Source: Planctomycetota bacterium (lineage in GTDB: Bacteria; Planctomycetota; UBA8108; SXIK01). Taken from it: 64,000 bases of DNA. Positions 51,365 to 61,318 of the stretch are shown in pieces (position 1 is the first letter of the stretch; each line of letters starts with the position of its first letter). The translations under genes and the position numbers were made by a program. The notes below the pieces were generated by a model. It ran no database searches, was not told the DNA's origin, and worked only from the letters and a program-made list of their open reading frames with translations. The stretch spans positions 2,336,001 to 2,400,000 of the forward strand of contig OZ244999.1 of assembly GCA_965223265.1 (NCBI GenBank), in the 5' to 3' direction.

Positions 51365-52911
51365 GCTCGCTCCGCTTCCTTTCTTCCCGGCACCGCCGCC
51401 GTCCGTCGGTGTCGTGTGGCCGCCCTCGTTGGCTTGGCCGCCGGTGGTCGTTCGTCGCCGTGCCACCAGAGTCGGCGACGAGTGTGATTGATGACGATGC
51501 CTTCGAGTTGGGCCTTGGCCTCCAGCAGACGGGTTCTCGCCCAAACCGCTCGCATTCTGTTCGTAGTCCCTGGTTCGACGACGAGCAGGGTCGCTTCCGT
51601 GCTGCGCGCGCATGCGATCGACGCTGGGTGATCGCTGAGCGCAGGTGTGTCGCAGAGCACGAAGTCTGCCTGCCGTCGAAGTTCCAAGAAAAACGGGCGC
51701 AATTGATTCCGCGTCAAATATTTCGGCTGTAGAAAAGAAATTCCTCCGGCGCAAATCAGGCGAACGTTGGGCATGGCGGTGCGAGTCAAGGCGCGGCGGG
51801 TCAATTCCCAGCGCTCGCCGTCGGACCCGGCGGCGTGAGCGACTAGTTCGGTGAATCCAAACTCGATTGCGGTGTTGAAGTGATCATGGAGAGCTGGATG
51901 GGAGACGTCCGCGTCGACGACGATCACCCGATAACGGCGGCGACTCAGCTCCTGTGCGACGCGATAGACGAGCTGCGTTCGGCCCTCGCCGCGCTCGGTG
52001 CTCGTGATGCAAACGCTGCGCAGGTCGCAGTCCTCACTGACCTGAACGAGGTGATCGACAAGTTTTTTTGTTTCGTGCTCGTGCCGTCTGACGCAGCGGC
52101 GGTCGTTTCGAACGCGCGCCGGAAACTCCGCCGTCACCACCGCGTGAAGGGTCTCTTCCACCTCGACGACGCTCTTGAATCGGGTGGCGTAGCGCTCCGA
52201 GAACCAAGCCGAGGCGAATGCGGTCAAGATTGACACCACGCTGATCCCGAACGCGCCAGCCACGCCGAGGCCTCGCGTCGGCGCGGCTTCCGTGAGGCTC
52301 GTCACCACGAATCTGCGCTCTGGCGTTGAGCTTCGTCCATCGGCCGTGCGCGTGATCGCCTCGGCGACGGCCCACGCAAAGAGTGTCGCCCGATCTGACG
52401 AGCCGTCGGACGCGCTCACGGCCAGACCTTCGGCCGTCGCTGTGACTTCAACCGATCGCCTCAGCGCCGCACTCAGACCTCGGTCGTGCCACCTGCGGGC
52501 GACCGCTTCGGACTTGAGCGCGCGAAGTTTCCGTCTCTCGGCGCGACGTAGAAAGAGGGCGCTCTGAAATTTCGTTTCGCCGCCGACCAATCGAGCGGCC
52601 TCCCACCACGTCCGCACCTGAAGCTGCCGCCGCGTTCCCGTTCGAAGGGATCCAGAGTGGACGTCGCGGCTCTCGGATTCGTGGAAGCGTTTCGACTGGT
52701 TTCTGAGTGAGGTCGGTGGCTCACACGAAAGTGATGCCGTGGCGACCGACGCAAGGTTGAGGTTGCCAGCGACTGCCGCGTAGCTCAGGAGCGGTATGAG
52801 GCCGCCGAGTGCGTACGCCTTCCAGTAGCGCCACGGCTGATTCGAAACACGTCGCCACGTCTGCCGCCTTCTCTTTCGTACATCTTCGCGAGGCATCGTG
52901 TTGACGATCAC
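51361..52911 (-). CDS. Membrane-anchored CpsD/CapB/Wzc-like (BY-kinase-fold) protein, degenerate
   Basis: Two TM segments around an extracytoplasmic region; ITSTERGEGRT (Walker A with K to R), VIVVDAD, VLCDTP and LEGIVIN; no C-terminal Tyr cluster. Confidence 0.8.
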   Translation of the reverse strand: MIVNTMPREDVRKRRRQTWRRVSNQPWRYWKAYALGGLIPLLSYAAVAGNLNLASVATASLSCEPPTSLRNQSKRFHESESRDVHSGSLRTGTRRQLQVRTWWEAARLVGGETKFQSALFLRRAERRKLRALKSEAVARRWHDRGLSAALRRSVEVTATAEGLAVSASDGSSDRATLFAWAVAEAITRTADGRSSTPERRFVVTSLTEAAPTRGLGVAGAFGISVVSILTAFASAWFSERYATRFKSVVEVEETLHAVVTAEFPARVRNDRRCVRRHEHETKKLVDHLVQVSEDCDLRSVCITSTERGEGRTQLVYRVAQELSRRRYRVIVVDADVSHPALHDHFNTAIEFGFTELVAHAAGSDGERWELTRRALTRTAMPNVRLICAGGISFLQPKYLTRNQLRPFFLELRRQADFVLCDTPALSDHPASIACARSTEATLLVVEPGTTNRMRAVWARTRLLEAKAQLEGIVINHTRRRLWWHGDERPPAAKPTRAATRHRRTAAVPGRKEAERA

Positions 52912-53230
52912 TTCCTCTGGCCACGGGTGGTGCGATGTCGCTCACTCGCTCTGTCTTGCGGTCGTTCTCGCGCACTCAGGTATCGGTCGGTCGTCTGCAT
53001 CCACCCGACCGAGATCGACGCTTGAGCGCTTTTTTGCGCACACAATTGGCGGCTGCCGTCGTGAGTGGTCGTTATCGGCACGGGGGGCGCTTCGCGCAGC
53101 CGTGCCGCGGGGCTGTGGCTAGGTTCAATTCCGCTCATGCGAGCTCTACTATCCAGTCGACACTTGGAATAGAATCACGGCCGGAAGCGAAAACGGGCTC
53201 CAAGCGGCGGGAGAAAGTGGCCAGATTGTC

Positions 53231-55438
53231 GTGTCAGAAACAACGGAAGTGCCCAAGTTGAAAGAGATTGTACGGCTGGCCGAGGCCGGGTTCGGTGCTC
53301 TCGAGGTCGACTCAAACCTGCAGGAGACCGCGAGTCAGAATCTCGCGACATGGCTAGAGACTCCGTACGGACAGGAATCACTGGCGCAGATCGAGCACCT
53401 GGTCGAGCAGCGCCAGTTCGGAACACTTTTTGACGCTTTTTTTCGTCAGATTCCGTTCGGCACTGGTGGCAGGCGAGGTCCCGTCGGGTACGGCACGAAT
53501 CGAATCAATGCTGCCACGATCGCGACGTCGATCCAGGGGCACGCAGAGTTTATCCGGCAGCGATTCCCGAATCGAAGCGACCTCTCGGTCGTTGTCGCCT
53601 TTGACGTCCGAGTGTTTCAGGACCTGCGAGGCGTGTATGATCCTTCGCGTCCCCATCCACTGCTTGGAGCGACTTCAAAAAACTTCGCGTGCATTGCTGC
53701 CTCGGTCTACGCTGCCAACGGTATCAAGGTTTGGCTTCCCAAGTTCGACGGTAGTTGCATTTCCACACCGGAGCTGTCGTTCGCCATTCGGTTCCTGGGG
53801 AGCTGCGGTGGGTTGAACGTCAGTGCCTCTCACAATCACCCTGACGACAACGGAGCAAAGATCTACAACGACCGCGGCAGTCAGGAAATCCCCCCGCTTG
53901 ACGAAGAGCTCGCTCGAATCGTTGAAGCGACGACGGAGACGCGTTCGATGCCGTTCGCGGAGGCCGTCGGACAAGGGATGGTTCAGTGGCTATCGCCCGA
54001 TTGTTACGAGGCCTACTTGCGCATGAACGTCGCTGCATCGCGGCGTCCGGAGGCGCGTTCGGCTCGCGTCGTGTTCACGCCCCTTCATGGCACTGGATAT
54101 CATTCCGCCGGCGCCGTCCTTGAGCGGGCGCAGTTCCCGGTGGAACTCTTCGAGCCGCAGGCGTCTCAGGACGGCACGTTTCCTGGTGTGCCTTTTCGCT
54201 CGCCCAACCCTGAAGTTCCCCAATCGTTAGAGGCCGCCGCCGCCGCCGCCAAGGAGCGTGCTGCCGACTTAGTCCTCGGCACGGATCCGGACGCCGATCG
54301 CATCGGCATGATGGCACCTCACGGCGACGAGTGGGTGTTCTTCACGGGGAACGAGATCGGCCTCATCCTTGTGCAGTACCTGCTCATCGACGCCGAGAAG
54401 CGCGTGCGCGGTAGTGGACACCCCTTCGCTGTGACAACGGTCGTTACAACCTCTCTCTTCGGGAAGATCTGCCGGTCGCAGGGCGTTGAGGTAATCGACG
54501 ATCTCGGCGTCGGGTTCAAGTACATCGCCGACATCATGAATCTGGCAGAGTCCGAGGGTGGATTCCGCGGCGTGCGCGCCGGCATCGAGGACTTCGTGCT
54601 CGGTATCGAGGAATCACATGGCTACCTGATCGTTCCGGATGTGCGCGACAAGGATGCTGCCGGCGCGGCGTTGCTTCTTGCTGAGCTCGCATCCGTATTG
54701 AAGCAGGAGGGCCGCAGTTTCGTCGACTATTTGAACTCGATCTATCTTCAGCACGGCTACGTTCGCAACGTCTTGGTATCGACGATCATGCTCGGCGCTA
54801 CCGGATTCACGCGCATGCGGAAGATTCAACAGTCGCTGCGAGACGATCCACCGGCGCAAATCGGTGGGCGTCGTGTTCTCGAATGCATCGATCGCTGGGA
54901 CGAAAGCGGTCCGCTTGGCAAGATCGTCTCGGAGACCGACCGCACGTCTCGTGACCTCATCACGTTCCAGCTCGAGGGCGGTGCGCGGCTCACGCTCAGG
55001 CCAAGCGGCACGGAGTCAAAAAACAAGATTTACGTCGAGGTGTGTGGCGAGTCGCTCGGCGAACATGCTTCGAGCACGGCGCTGGAAGAGGAGAAGTGTC
55101 GGATCGACGCTGCGGCGCGTGAGCTTGCCAAAGCGTTCACGCGTGAGATGCTCGCGCGGATTGAGATCTCACTTCCTGACTTTGCGCTCGAGATCTCCGA
55201 CCTCGTTCCGCTCGAGTGCAAGGTCGACTTCGCGACGACGTTCATGCCGGAGCTGAAAAGGCGTTTGACGGCGGATGGGAGTGGGACGGCCACCGGGGCG
55301 TGGATTGACGAGCACCTCAAAAGCTACGGCGCAGACGCGCGCCTTTTGGTGCGACCGGCGGTCGCTGCTTACATCGCCAGCGAGGCGCCGGATGCGGACG
55401 TGAAAGCTGCATTGGAAGGACTTTTCGGGCTTGATTAG
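53231..55438 (+). CDS. Phosphoglucomutase/phosphomannomutase family protein
   Basis: FGTGGRRG, SASHN, DPDADR, EESHG, DKDA and RPSGTE motifs; C-terminal extension of roughly 100 aa. Confidence 0.92.
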   Translation: MSETTEVPKLKEIVRLAEAGFGALEVDSNLQETASQNLATWLETPYGQESLAQIEHLVEQRQFGTLFDAFFRQIPFGTGGRRGPVGYGTNRINAATIATSIQGHAEFIRQRFPNRSDLSVVVAFDVRVFQDLRGVYDPSRPHPLLGATSKNFACIAASVYAANGIKVWLPKFDGSCISTPELSFAIRFLGSCGGLNVSASHNHPDDNGAKIYNDRGSQEIPPLDEELARIVEATTETRSMPFAEAVGQGMVQWLSPDCYEAYLRMNVAASRRPEARSARVVFTPLHGTGYHSAGAVLERAQFPVELFEPQASQDGTFPGVPFRSPNPEVPQSLEAAAAAAKERAADLVLGTDPDADRIGMMAPHGDEWVFFTGNEIGLILVQYLLIDAEKRVRGSGHPFAVTTVVTTSLFGKICRSQGVEVIDDLGVGFKYIADIMNLAESEGGFRGVRAGIEDFVLGIEESHGYLIVPDVRDKDAAGAALLLAELASVLKQEGRSFVDYLNSIYLQHGYVRNVLVSTIMLGATGFTRMRKIQQSLRDDPPAQIGGRRVLECIDRWDESGPLGKIVSETDRTSRDLITFQLEGGARLTLRPSGTESKNKIYVEVCGESLGEHASSTALEEEKCRIDAAARELAKAFTREMLARIEISLPDFALEISDLVPLECKVDFATTFMPELKRRLTADGSGTATGAWIDEHLKSYGADARLLVRPAVAAYIASEAPDADVKAALEGLFGLD

Positions 55439-55607
55439 AAGCATGCCCAACGGCATCGTCGGTCGTTCCCTGTCGCGTCGAAGTCATCGGCAGGGGATCC
55501 ACCCGGCGAGAGCTGGGAAGACTTCGGGTCTTGAGCAAGAATTCATTGTTAACCGTCGCCGCAGGGCTCTAAGAGTGTCCGCGCGATTTTGATCAGGGAG
55601 AAAAACG

Positions 55608-56024
55608 ATGAAACAGGGTTTCTCGGTCGTACTGGCGTGTCTTGCCGTCGCGGGTCTGGTTGGCTGCGGCAGTGCGGAAACGTCGTCGCCGCTCGACAGG
55701 GTTGAGGGAACGAAGGACTCCCACGAGTTCAGGAAAATCTTTCACAGGGCCGTCGAAGGTAGCTCGAGGGAGCAGAATCACGTCGGCTACTCGGACCGAA
55801 TCTTCACCGACGTGGATCCGGACGGAATCACGTATGTGATGGACCTGAAGTTCGAACGCAAGGGCTTCGTCTTGCCGTCGGGCGCCGCGTATCGTTACGA
55901 GATTCGGGGCGATGAGGTCGACACTGTTGAGCTCGGGAACACGGGTTTTGTCAACGGCGTCAAGGGGATCCTTGGTCTCCGGGGACAAATCACTCTCGAA
56001 GTGGCCACGTTGGACGGCGAGTGA
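55608..56024 (+). CDS. Hypothetical lipoprotein
   Basis: GGGAG RBS; lipobox LVGC. Confidence 0.7.
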   Translation: MKQGFSVVLACLAVAGLVGCGSAETSSPLDRVEGTKDSHEFRKIFHRAVEGSSREQNHVGYSDRIFTDVDPDGITYVMDLKFERKGFVLPSGAAYRYEIRGDEVDTVELGNTGFVNGVKGILGLRGQITLEVATLDGE

Positions 56025-56133
56025 ACGAAGGGTTCCCTACACGGTTAGGCACAGAAGAAAGCGCGCCGAGTGAGCGAGTTCGTTCACTGAGCGCGCTTTC
56101 TTCTTGGCTGAACCAACGATCGGAGTCTCTGAC

Positions 56134-56386
56134 CTCGAGTTTGGCCATTTCGCGCCGGCCTGGCCGGACGAGTTTCGCGGGAATTCAAAGGCCCTTTCGA
56201 CTTTTTAGTACCCTGAGAACCCTTGTGCATGTTCAAAAACTCCTGTCCGGCCCTTCGGGGAACGCCAGGAGCGCCGATGCCTGCGTCGCTCCTCCGCCAC
56301 GATCGCAGCGGGATCGCGTTGTCGTCGCTCCTTGGCCTCGACGCTCCTGGCGTTCCCAGGCTCGACGCGAAATGGCCAAACTCGAG
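56134..56386. mobile_element. 253-bp non-autonomous element related to the IS701-like IS
   Basis: 21-bp perfect TIR CTCGAGTTTGGCCATTTCGCG (first 15 bp identical to the IS TIR); 5-bp TSD CTGAC. Confidence 0.88.
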
Positions 56387-56390
56387 CTGA

Positions 56391-56468
56391 CGACCCGTTG
56401 AAAAAGTCATTCGGCTGAGAAACCGGCCCCTTCACGCCCAGATTTCAGCTCGAACCACTTTTTCAATG
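56391..56468 (+). mobile_element. Internally deleted MITE (copy 7)
   Basis: CGACCCGTTGAAAAAGTCATTCGGCTGAGAAACC...CTCGAACCACTTTTTCAA retains both MITE ends. Confidence 0.75.
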
Positions 56469-56473
56469 TTAGT

Positions 56474-57625
56474 TTAGTCGGACTCGCAACCGAGACTACC
56501 GCTGCCGTCGTCGGATGGGTCGACGCCGGGCTGCGGGAACGGTTCTGGGGGCTGCGGGCCGCCAACGAAGAGATAGTTGAGCGTCCAGATCGCATCCGAG
56601 ATGTCGATCTTAGTGTCGTTGTTTGCATCCGCGGCGTCGAGGCACGGCGGCGCTGGACCGCCGGTGAACGCCCAGTTGAGAGTGTACGTCGGGTCGGAGA
56701 TGTCAACGACGTCGTCCTTGTTCGAGTCGCCGCGAATGAAACCACGACGAATGTCGATGCCGCCTCCGGTTCCAAGCTCGGGGCGAAACACGTCACCACC
56801 GATCGTCACGACATTGTGCACCTCTGGATACGACTCAGGTGGGTCTGGGGAGTTGGCTACGGGGATCACGATGCCGTCAACGAAATCGATCGCAGCGAAG
56901 CCTTGGTCGGCGCTGATCACAATGGAACACTCGAGGGTTGCGACGAGCTGGTCGGAGCCTGCAGGGAGAAAAGGACTTTCGCCGACCGTGAAGTAGAACG
57001 GTGTCGCGAAATCCTTGAGAGCTGCAATGTAGGCGACGCCCTCATTGTTGTTTTCTTCTGCAGTGATGTACTCGGTGCTTTCTGCCGACAGCAGCGTGCC
57101 TTCCTCGGTGTTGATTCGATCGACCTGAATCTGATTCGGGTCGTACCCAATGAGCATCGTCAGGCCTGTGACTTCCGCCTCATTACTCATCATGATCGGC
57201 ACGGTGATGCCGGTGTGACTGGGTACGCCGGCGTTGGTTCCGATGGAGAAGGTGAACCGGCTGTCTCGTCCATCAGGCACCGTGACATCCGGCGTTGTGT
57301 CGGCTCCGGGAGTCTCGAACGGCGGTGGGGGTGGCGGGCCGTCGTTGAACAGAAACTCGACCAAGTAGGTGTAGTCAGCGACGGTCACCAAGCCGTCGTC
57401 GTTGACATCGGCAGCGTCCGGACATCCCGATACCGGAGCACTCCGTGCGATGAACATATAGGCGACAAGATCTACCGCGTCGTTAAGATCTACGACGACC
57501 TCGCCTCCCGGCTCGAGGTTGACGATATTGCCTCGAGTGAACACGCAGTCCTGCGCGGCGACGGGTGGCGCGAGAAGCCCTGCAACCCCGCACGCACATA
57601 CAAACACAATGGACCAGCACTTCAT
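56474..57625 (-). CDS. Secreted dockerin-cohesin-dockerin protein
   Basis: Signal peptide; N-terminal FTRGN..DLND / DVNDDG dockerin; central cohesin-like ITVPI..SN...VTGLTMLIGYDP...LVATL; C-terminal FIRGDSNKDDVVDISD / DANNDTKIDISD dockerin. Confidence 0.8.
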   Translation of the reverse strand: MKCWSIVFVCACGVAGLLAPPVAAQDCVFTRGNIVNLEPGGEVVVDLNDAVDLVAYMFIARSAPVSGCPDAADVNDDGLVTVADYTYLVEFLFNDGPPPPPPFETPGADTTPDVTVPDGRDSRFTFSIGTNAGVPSHTGITVPIMMSNEAEVTGLTMLIGYDPNQIQVDRINTEEGTLLSAESTEYITAEENNNEGVAYIAALKDFATPFYFTVGESPFLPAGSDQLVATLECSIVISADQGFAAIDFVDGIVIPVANSPDPPESYPEVHNVVTIGGDVFRPELGTGGGIDIRRGFIRGDSNKDDVVDISDPTYTLNWAFTGGPAPPCLDAADANNDTKIDISDAIWTLNYLFVGGPQPPEPFPQPGVDPSDDGSGSLGCESD

Positions 57626-58116
57626 TCTTCCTCCTCGAGTCCTCCACCCAGTACAAGGATTCCGCCGAAACCCTTGACCCTCAGAAGAGACTCTTCGATA
57701 GCTCGAACACCGGCATAGCCGGGGACCCTGCTCTCACGCTCTCGGAGTTGCTCCGCGACGCGTGTCCAAGCGATTTTGACCCGTCACCCAGGTGGATTGC
57801 CAACCTTTTCCTTCGACCCATGGCTGGAACCCACGTCGAACCTGCATTGTAGGCTGCGGTCGCATCCAGCGCAAGGGCAGGTTAGAATGATTGTCGGGTG
57901 AATGAGACGTTGACGGGGGCTGGGTTTTGGTGAGATCGCGCGGTCGCGAGGGGGAGATTCGAGGCGAGCCCTCTTAAATGGCGCCCTAAATCGTGAAACC
58001 GTAGCGCATTTGAGCCGACACACGGTTCAGAAGAATTAAATAATCGGGCGTGTCGTAGCGTCATCCCTCCGGGGCTTTCATCCGCAGACCGCCGCCATTG
58101 TCAGAGGAGCTTGAAC

Positions 58117-59184
58117 ATGCAACCGATGAGCCGAACCGCCGCGTTTTTCGCTGCTGTGGCCGCTGCCGTCGTTTGGTCGTTCCCGGTGTCCGCGTCGGAG
58201 GGGCCAACTGGAGGAGAGCCGGCACCTTCGACCAACTCGAGCTCTGACCCTGAGGCGGTGCCGGTTCTGGTGATCGAGCAGCGAACGAGTGGACTTCCTT
58301 CAAATGACCCCGAGGAGAAGGCCGAGGAGGGGAGGCAGCTCATCGTCGTCGACCATGGCGGCCGCAAGCTGCTCATGCGTGACTTTCGCATCGACGCCAA
58401 GAGCGGTCAGGCCGTTCTGCAGCGCACCGTTCTACTTCGCCTCGATCACGAGCCGCCGCGTATTTACAGTATTGCACCTGACGGCAGCTGCTTCATTGAG
58501 CACCCTGGCGACCTGAACGATCTTCAGGTCAAGCGACGTATCCAGGAGCGCAATTTTCTCGAGCAGGTGAAGAGACTTTCCGCCGCGGAGCGAAAACAGT
58601 TCTTCATAGAGAATCCTCGTCTGCGTCCAGACGGCCGACGCGAGGCCACGCAGTCGATGCTGCAAGGTGAGACGCACCTTGAGCTCGAGTGCGAAAGGCT
58701 CGTGGTCAAGGAGAACGATCTGACAATCATCGACGCGCAAATCACCCGAGAGCTGCCCGGAGCTCGCAGCTACTACCACCTCTATCGCCGTCTCGGTGTG
58801 TTTTCCGAAGAGGTGTTGGACGTCCTCAAGGAGATCGAGGGGGTGCCGCTGCGCAGTCGGATCACCGTCGTCACGGCGCTGCCGATCTGGACGCTTGAAG
58901 CTGAGATTCTGAGCTATCGAGAGGAGATGCTCTCGCCCCGCGCTTTCGAGTTGCCGCCCGACGCAAAAGCATGTCCGAGCGATGACGTCCCGGCCAATTG
59001 TCCGCAGTGCGCTAAGGTCATCGAGGATCCGGCGAGCGCGGTTCTGTACATTCGCCGAGGTGGCACACGCGTACACTTGTGCTCGGAGGAGTGCGCGGAT
59101 CGCTATGCCGACGAGCTCCTAAAACAGCGGTCGAAGAAACCGCGCGGGAGGCCGCAGAGCGGCAAGCCGACCGGAAAGAAGTGA
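58117..59184 (+). CDS. Secreted hypothetical protein with a C-terminal CxxC...CxxxC (TRASH/YHS-like) motif
   Basis: Signal peptide; DUF4412-like GVPLRS..FELPPD region; CPQC...HLCSEEC. Confidence 0.6.
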   Translation: MQPMSRTAAFFAAVAAAVVWSFPVSASEGPTGGEPAPSTNSSSDPEAVPVLVIEQRTSGLPSNDPEEKAEEGRQLIVVDHGGRKLLMRDFRIDAKSGQAVLQRTVLLRLDHEPPRIYSIAPDGSCFIEHPGDLNDLQVKRRIQERNFLEQVKRLSAAERKQFFIENPRLRPDGRREATQSMLQGETHLELECERLVVKENDLTIIDAQITRELPGARSYYHLYRRLGVFSEEVLDVLKEIEGVPLRSRITVVTALPIWTLEAEILSYREEMLSPRAFELPPDAKACPSDDVPANCPQCAKVIEDPASAVLYIRRGGTRVHLCSEECADRYADELLKQRSKKPRGRPQSGKPTGKK

Positions 59185-59365
59185 TCTGCGCCTTCGCGTT
59201 GTGCTGGCGATGTTTTCGCCGCTCTCCGGTGCGACGGCGCACGAAAGACCGACTTGTAGCTCATGGCGCCCAACAAGAAAAAAGCGGCGCCGTAGTCGAA
59301 GTCGTGTCGACTACGGCGCCGCCAAGAGCGAGCATCTCGCGCAGCTAACGCGAGCAGTTGAGCGG

Positions 59366-60883
59366 TTAAGGCGCGACGCGCAGACCGGTAGGAGCCGCCG
59401 GCGGAACGTCGTCGCTCGGCGTGGGCGTGACCGTGACGCCACTGTACTTTGCCCACATCTCGTCAACGAAGCTGCTACGAGACGAGCCTTGTCCGGCCCA
59501 GCCGGAGGTGTCAATGTTGTACTGAAGAAGGGCCTGTCGGTGAACCTCGGTTTCTTCCTGAGTCATCCACCGTTCAACGTAGTCGAAGAAGGGAGCGTGA
59601 TCCCACAGCTCTTCGGCACCCATGAGCCGGGCCGCGAGGGCCATGCCAACGAAGGCGTGCGAGGAGCAGCAGCGACGGTACGACTCCGCTCGTTTGCGCA
59701 CTGCGTTGTTCGCCCACAGGTTTGGGTGCTGGAATTCGTGGAGCGGATAGATTCCGAAACTGTTGCCATCTTTGAGGCGCCACATGACGGTGTCACCGCT
59801 ACCGCCGCTGGCCTTGTCGTGCCAGCCAGTGACACCACGAACCTTTTGGGCGCCGGCCGTCGACGAGCTCACAGGTCGACCTTCTGCATCGACGTACTCT
59901 GGAAGCTCGGGATCGTCGAAATAGTAGGTTTGTCCGTCTTCCTGAAAGAGGAAGCGGCCGGTCGACGCTCGCTTCGGTAGCGACTTCATTCCTGGTTCAT
60001 TCAACATGATGCCAGCGAAAAGGATCGGCCACTTGCGACCGAGATAGATCCCGGCATCAGCAGACCAGGTGCCGCCAGCCTTCATCAAACCGTACAGATC
60101 GATTCCGGCTTGCACGAAACCGTACATGGTCGGCTTAAGCTCCTCGATCGGATAGTCGAGCAGCAGCTGAAGGCCGACCTCGGACGCGTGTTCACCGATC
60201 CATTGACCGTAGCTCGGAATGTTTTCGTACGGCGCGCTATCACTCTTCACCCAGCTGTCGACGTGATCGATCCACGCTCTTTGCACCTTCTTGAAGGACG
60301 AGGCCAGGCTTGGAAGCGAAGCGATCTCTGAGCGCGGAAAACGCGGCAGCAGATTCCACTGGATATCGTTCGCCGAGAACGAATACGGATCCTGTGAACT
60401 GTCTGCGATGCGCGTTGGACGCGAATACGGTGGGCGGAATTTGTCGGGGCTCTGCGGTACGTCGACGACCGTCAAGACCGCGACCGTTCGCACCCACGTA
60501 AAGGAATTGAGTTTTTGAGCAGCACTCACTGCTGAACAGATCGTGTCGCCCGGGTTGAGAGTCATTGGAGGCGAATCGCAGAGGTTCGCGTCGTAGTTAC
60601 TCGCCGAGCGAATGCGATTATCGTATCCCTGCTGTGAGACGAACCCCGGGTTCACCATCGAACCGTTTTGCCCATTGGCGCACGGCTGCGGGCTGATCCC
60701 TGTGATGTTCACTGGGCCGACGACCCAGTAGTCGCCGTTGACATACTGGCCGATCTCATACTGACGATCGAATGTCCAGGTCACCCCGTACTGGGAGACG
60801 CTGCTAGCCGTTGCCGCGACGAGTGAGTGCGGCAAATACAGCATACTTAGGAAAACGAACGCGTACGTTAACTTCGGTTTCAT
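59366..60883 (-). CDS. Secreted uncharacterised protein
   Basis: GAGGAG RBS, signal peptide, SVSQYGVTWTF..GQYVNGDYWVVGP start, aromatic helical core and PPAAPTGLRV C-terminus. Confidence 0.75.
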   Translation of the reverse strand: MKPKLTYAFVFLSMLYLPHSLVAATASSVSQYGVTWTFDRQYEIGQYVNGDYWVVGPVNITGISPQPCANGQNGSMVNPGFVSQQGYDNRIRSASNYDANLCDSPPMTLNPGDTICSAVSAAQKLNSFTWVRTVAVLTVVDVPQSPDKFRPPYSRPTRIADSSQDPYSFSANDIQWNLLPRFPRSEIASLPSLASSFKKVQRAWIDHVDSWVKSDSAPYENIPSYGQWIGEHASEVGLQLLLDYPIEELKPTMYGFVQAGIDLYGLMKAGGTWSADAGIYLGRKWPILFAGIMLNEPGMKSLPKRASTGRFLFQEDGQTYYFDDPELPEYVDAEGRPVSSSTAGAQKVRGVTGWHDKASGGSGDTVMWRLKDGNSFGIYPLHEFQHPNLWANNAVRKRAESYRRCCSSHAFVGMALAARLMGAEELWDHAPFFDYVERWMTQEETEVHRQALLQYNIDTSGWAGQGSSRSSFVDEMWAKYSGVTVTPTPSDDVPPAAPTGLRVAP

Positions 60884-61318
60884 GACTTCTCCTCATGCCT
60901 GCCTCGAATGTGGCGAGTTTCTCGAGAACTGAAAAGCTCAATGTATCGTTTCCACGACGATCGCAGCAGCAAAAATCGTCATTCGTGGTTTCCCTCCGAT
61001 GCGATCACTTCTCCTGGGCTGCAATGGCGACACAACACCACGGGGTAGTAAGCAATGCAGGTGCCAAGGCTCTGAAGACTGTGGGGCTGCGAACTTAACA
61101 CCTTTGAAGACAAAGCGTTGCAATGAAATCGTGGGCCAGACAGAAAGGCTAAGGCAGGTAGGTAAGAATTACCCGATAGTCCGAGATCGCCTGACCGCAC
61201 CAAGAAATGCTGGTTTCCCGGACATGAGAGTGCGCCTGCCGTGCGTGAAGGTCGCCCGCGCAGCGAAGTCGCGGTGGACGCGCAGACCGACGTCTCGGTG
61301 GGTTACGTAACGTCGGGG

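Noticed and set aside
51365-51754. N-terminal 130 aa of the 601-aa ORF call
   Set aside because: It overlaps the BY-kinase-like gene in another frame; the ATGA-coupled start at 51364 is more plausible.
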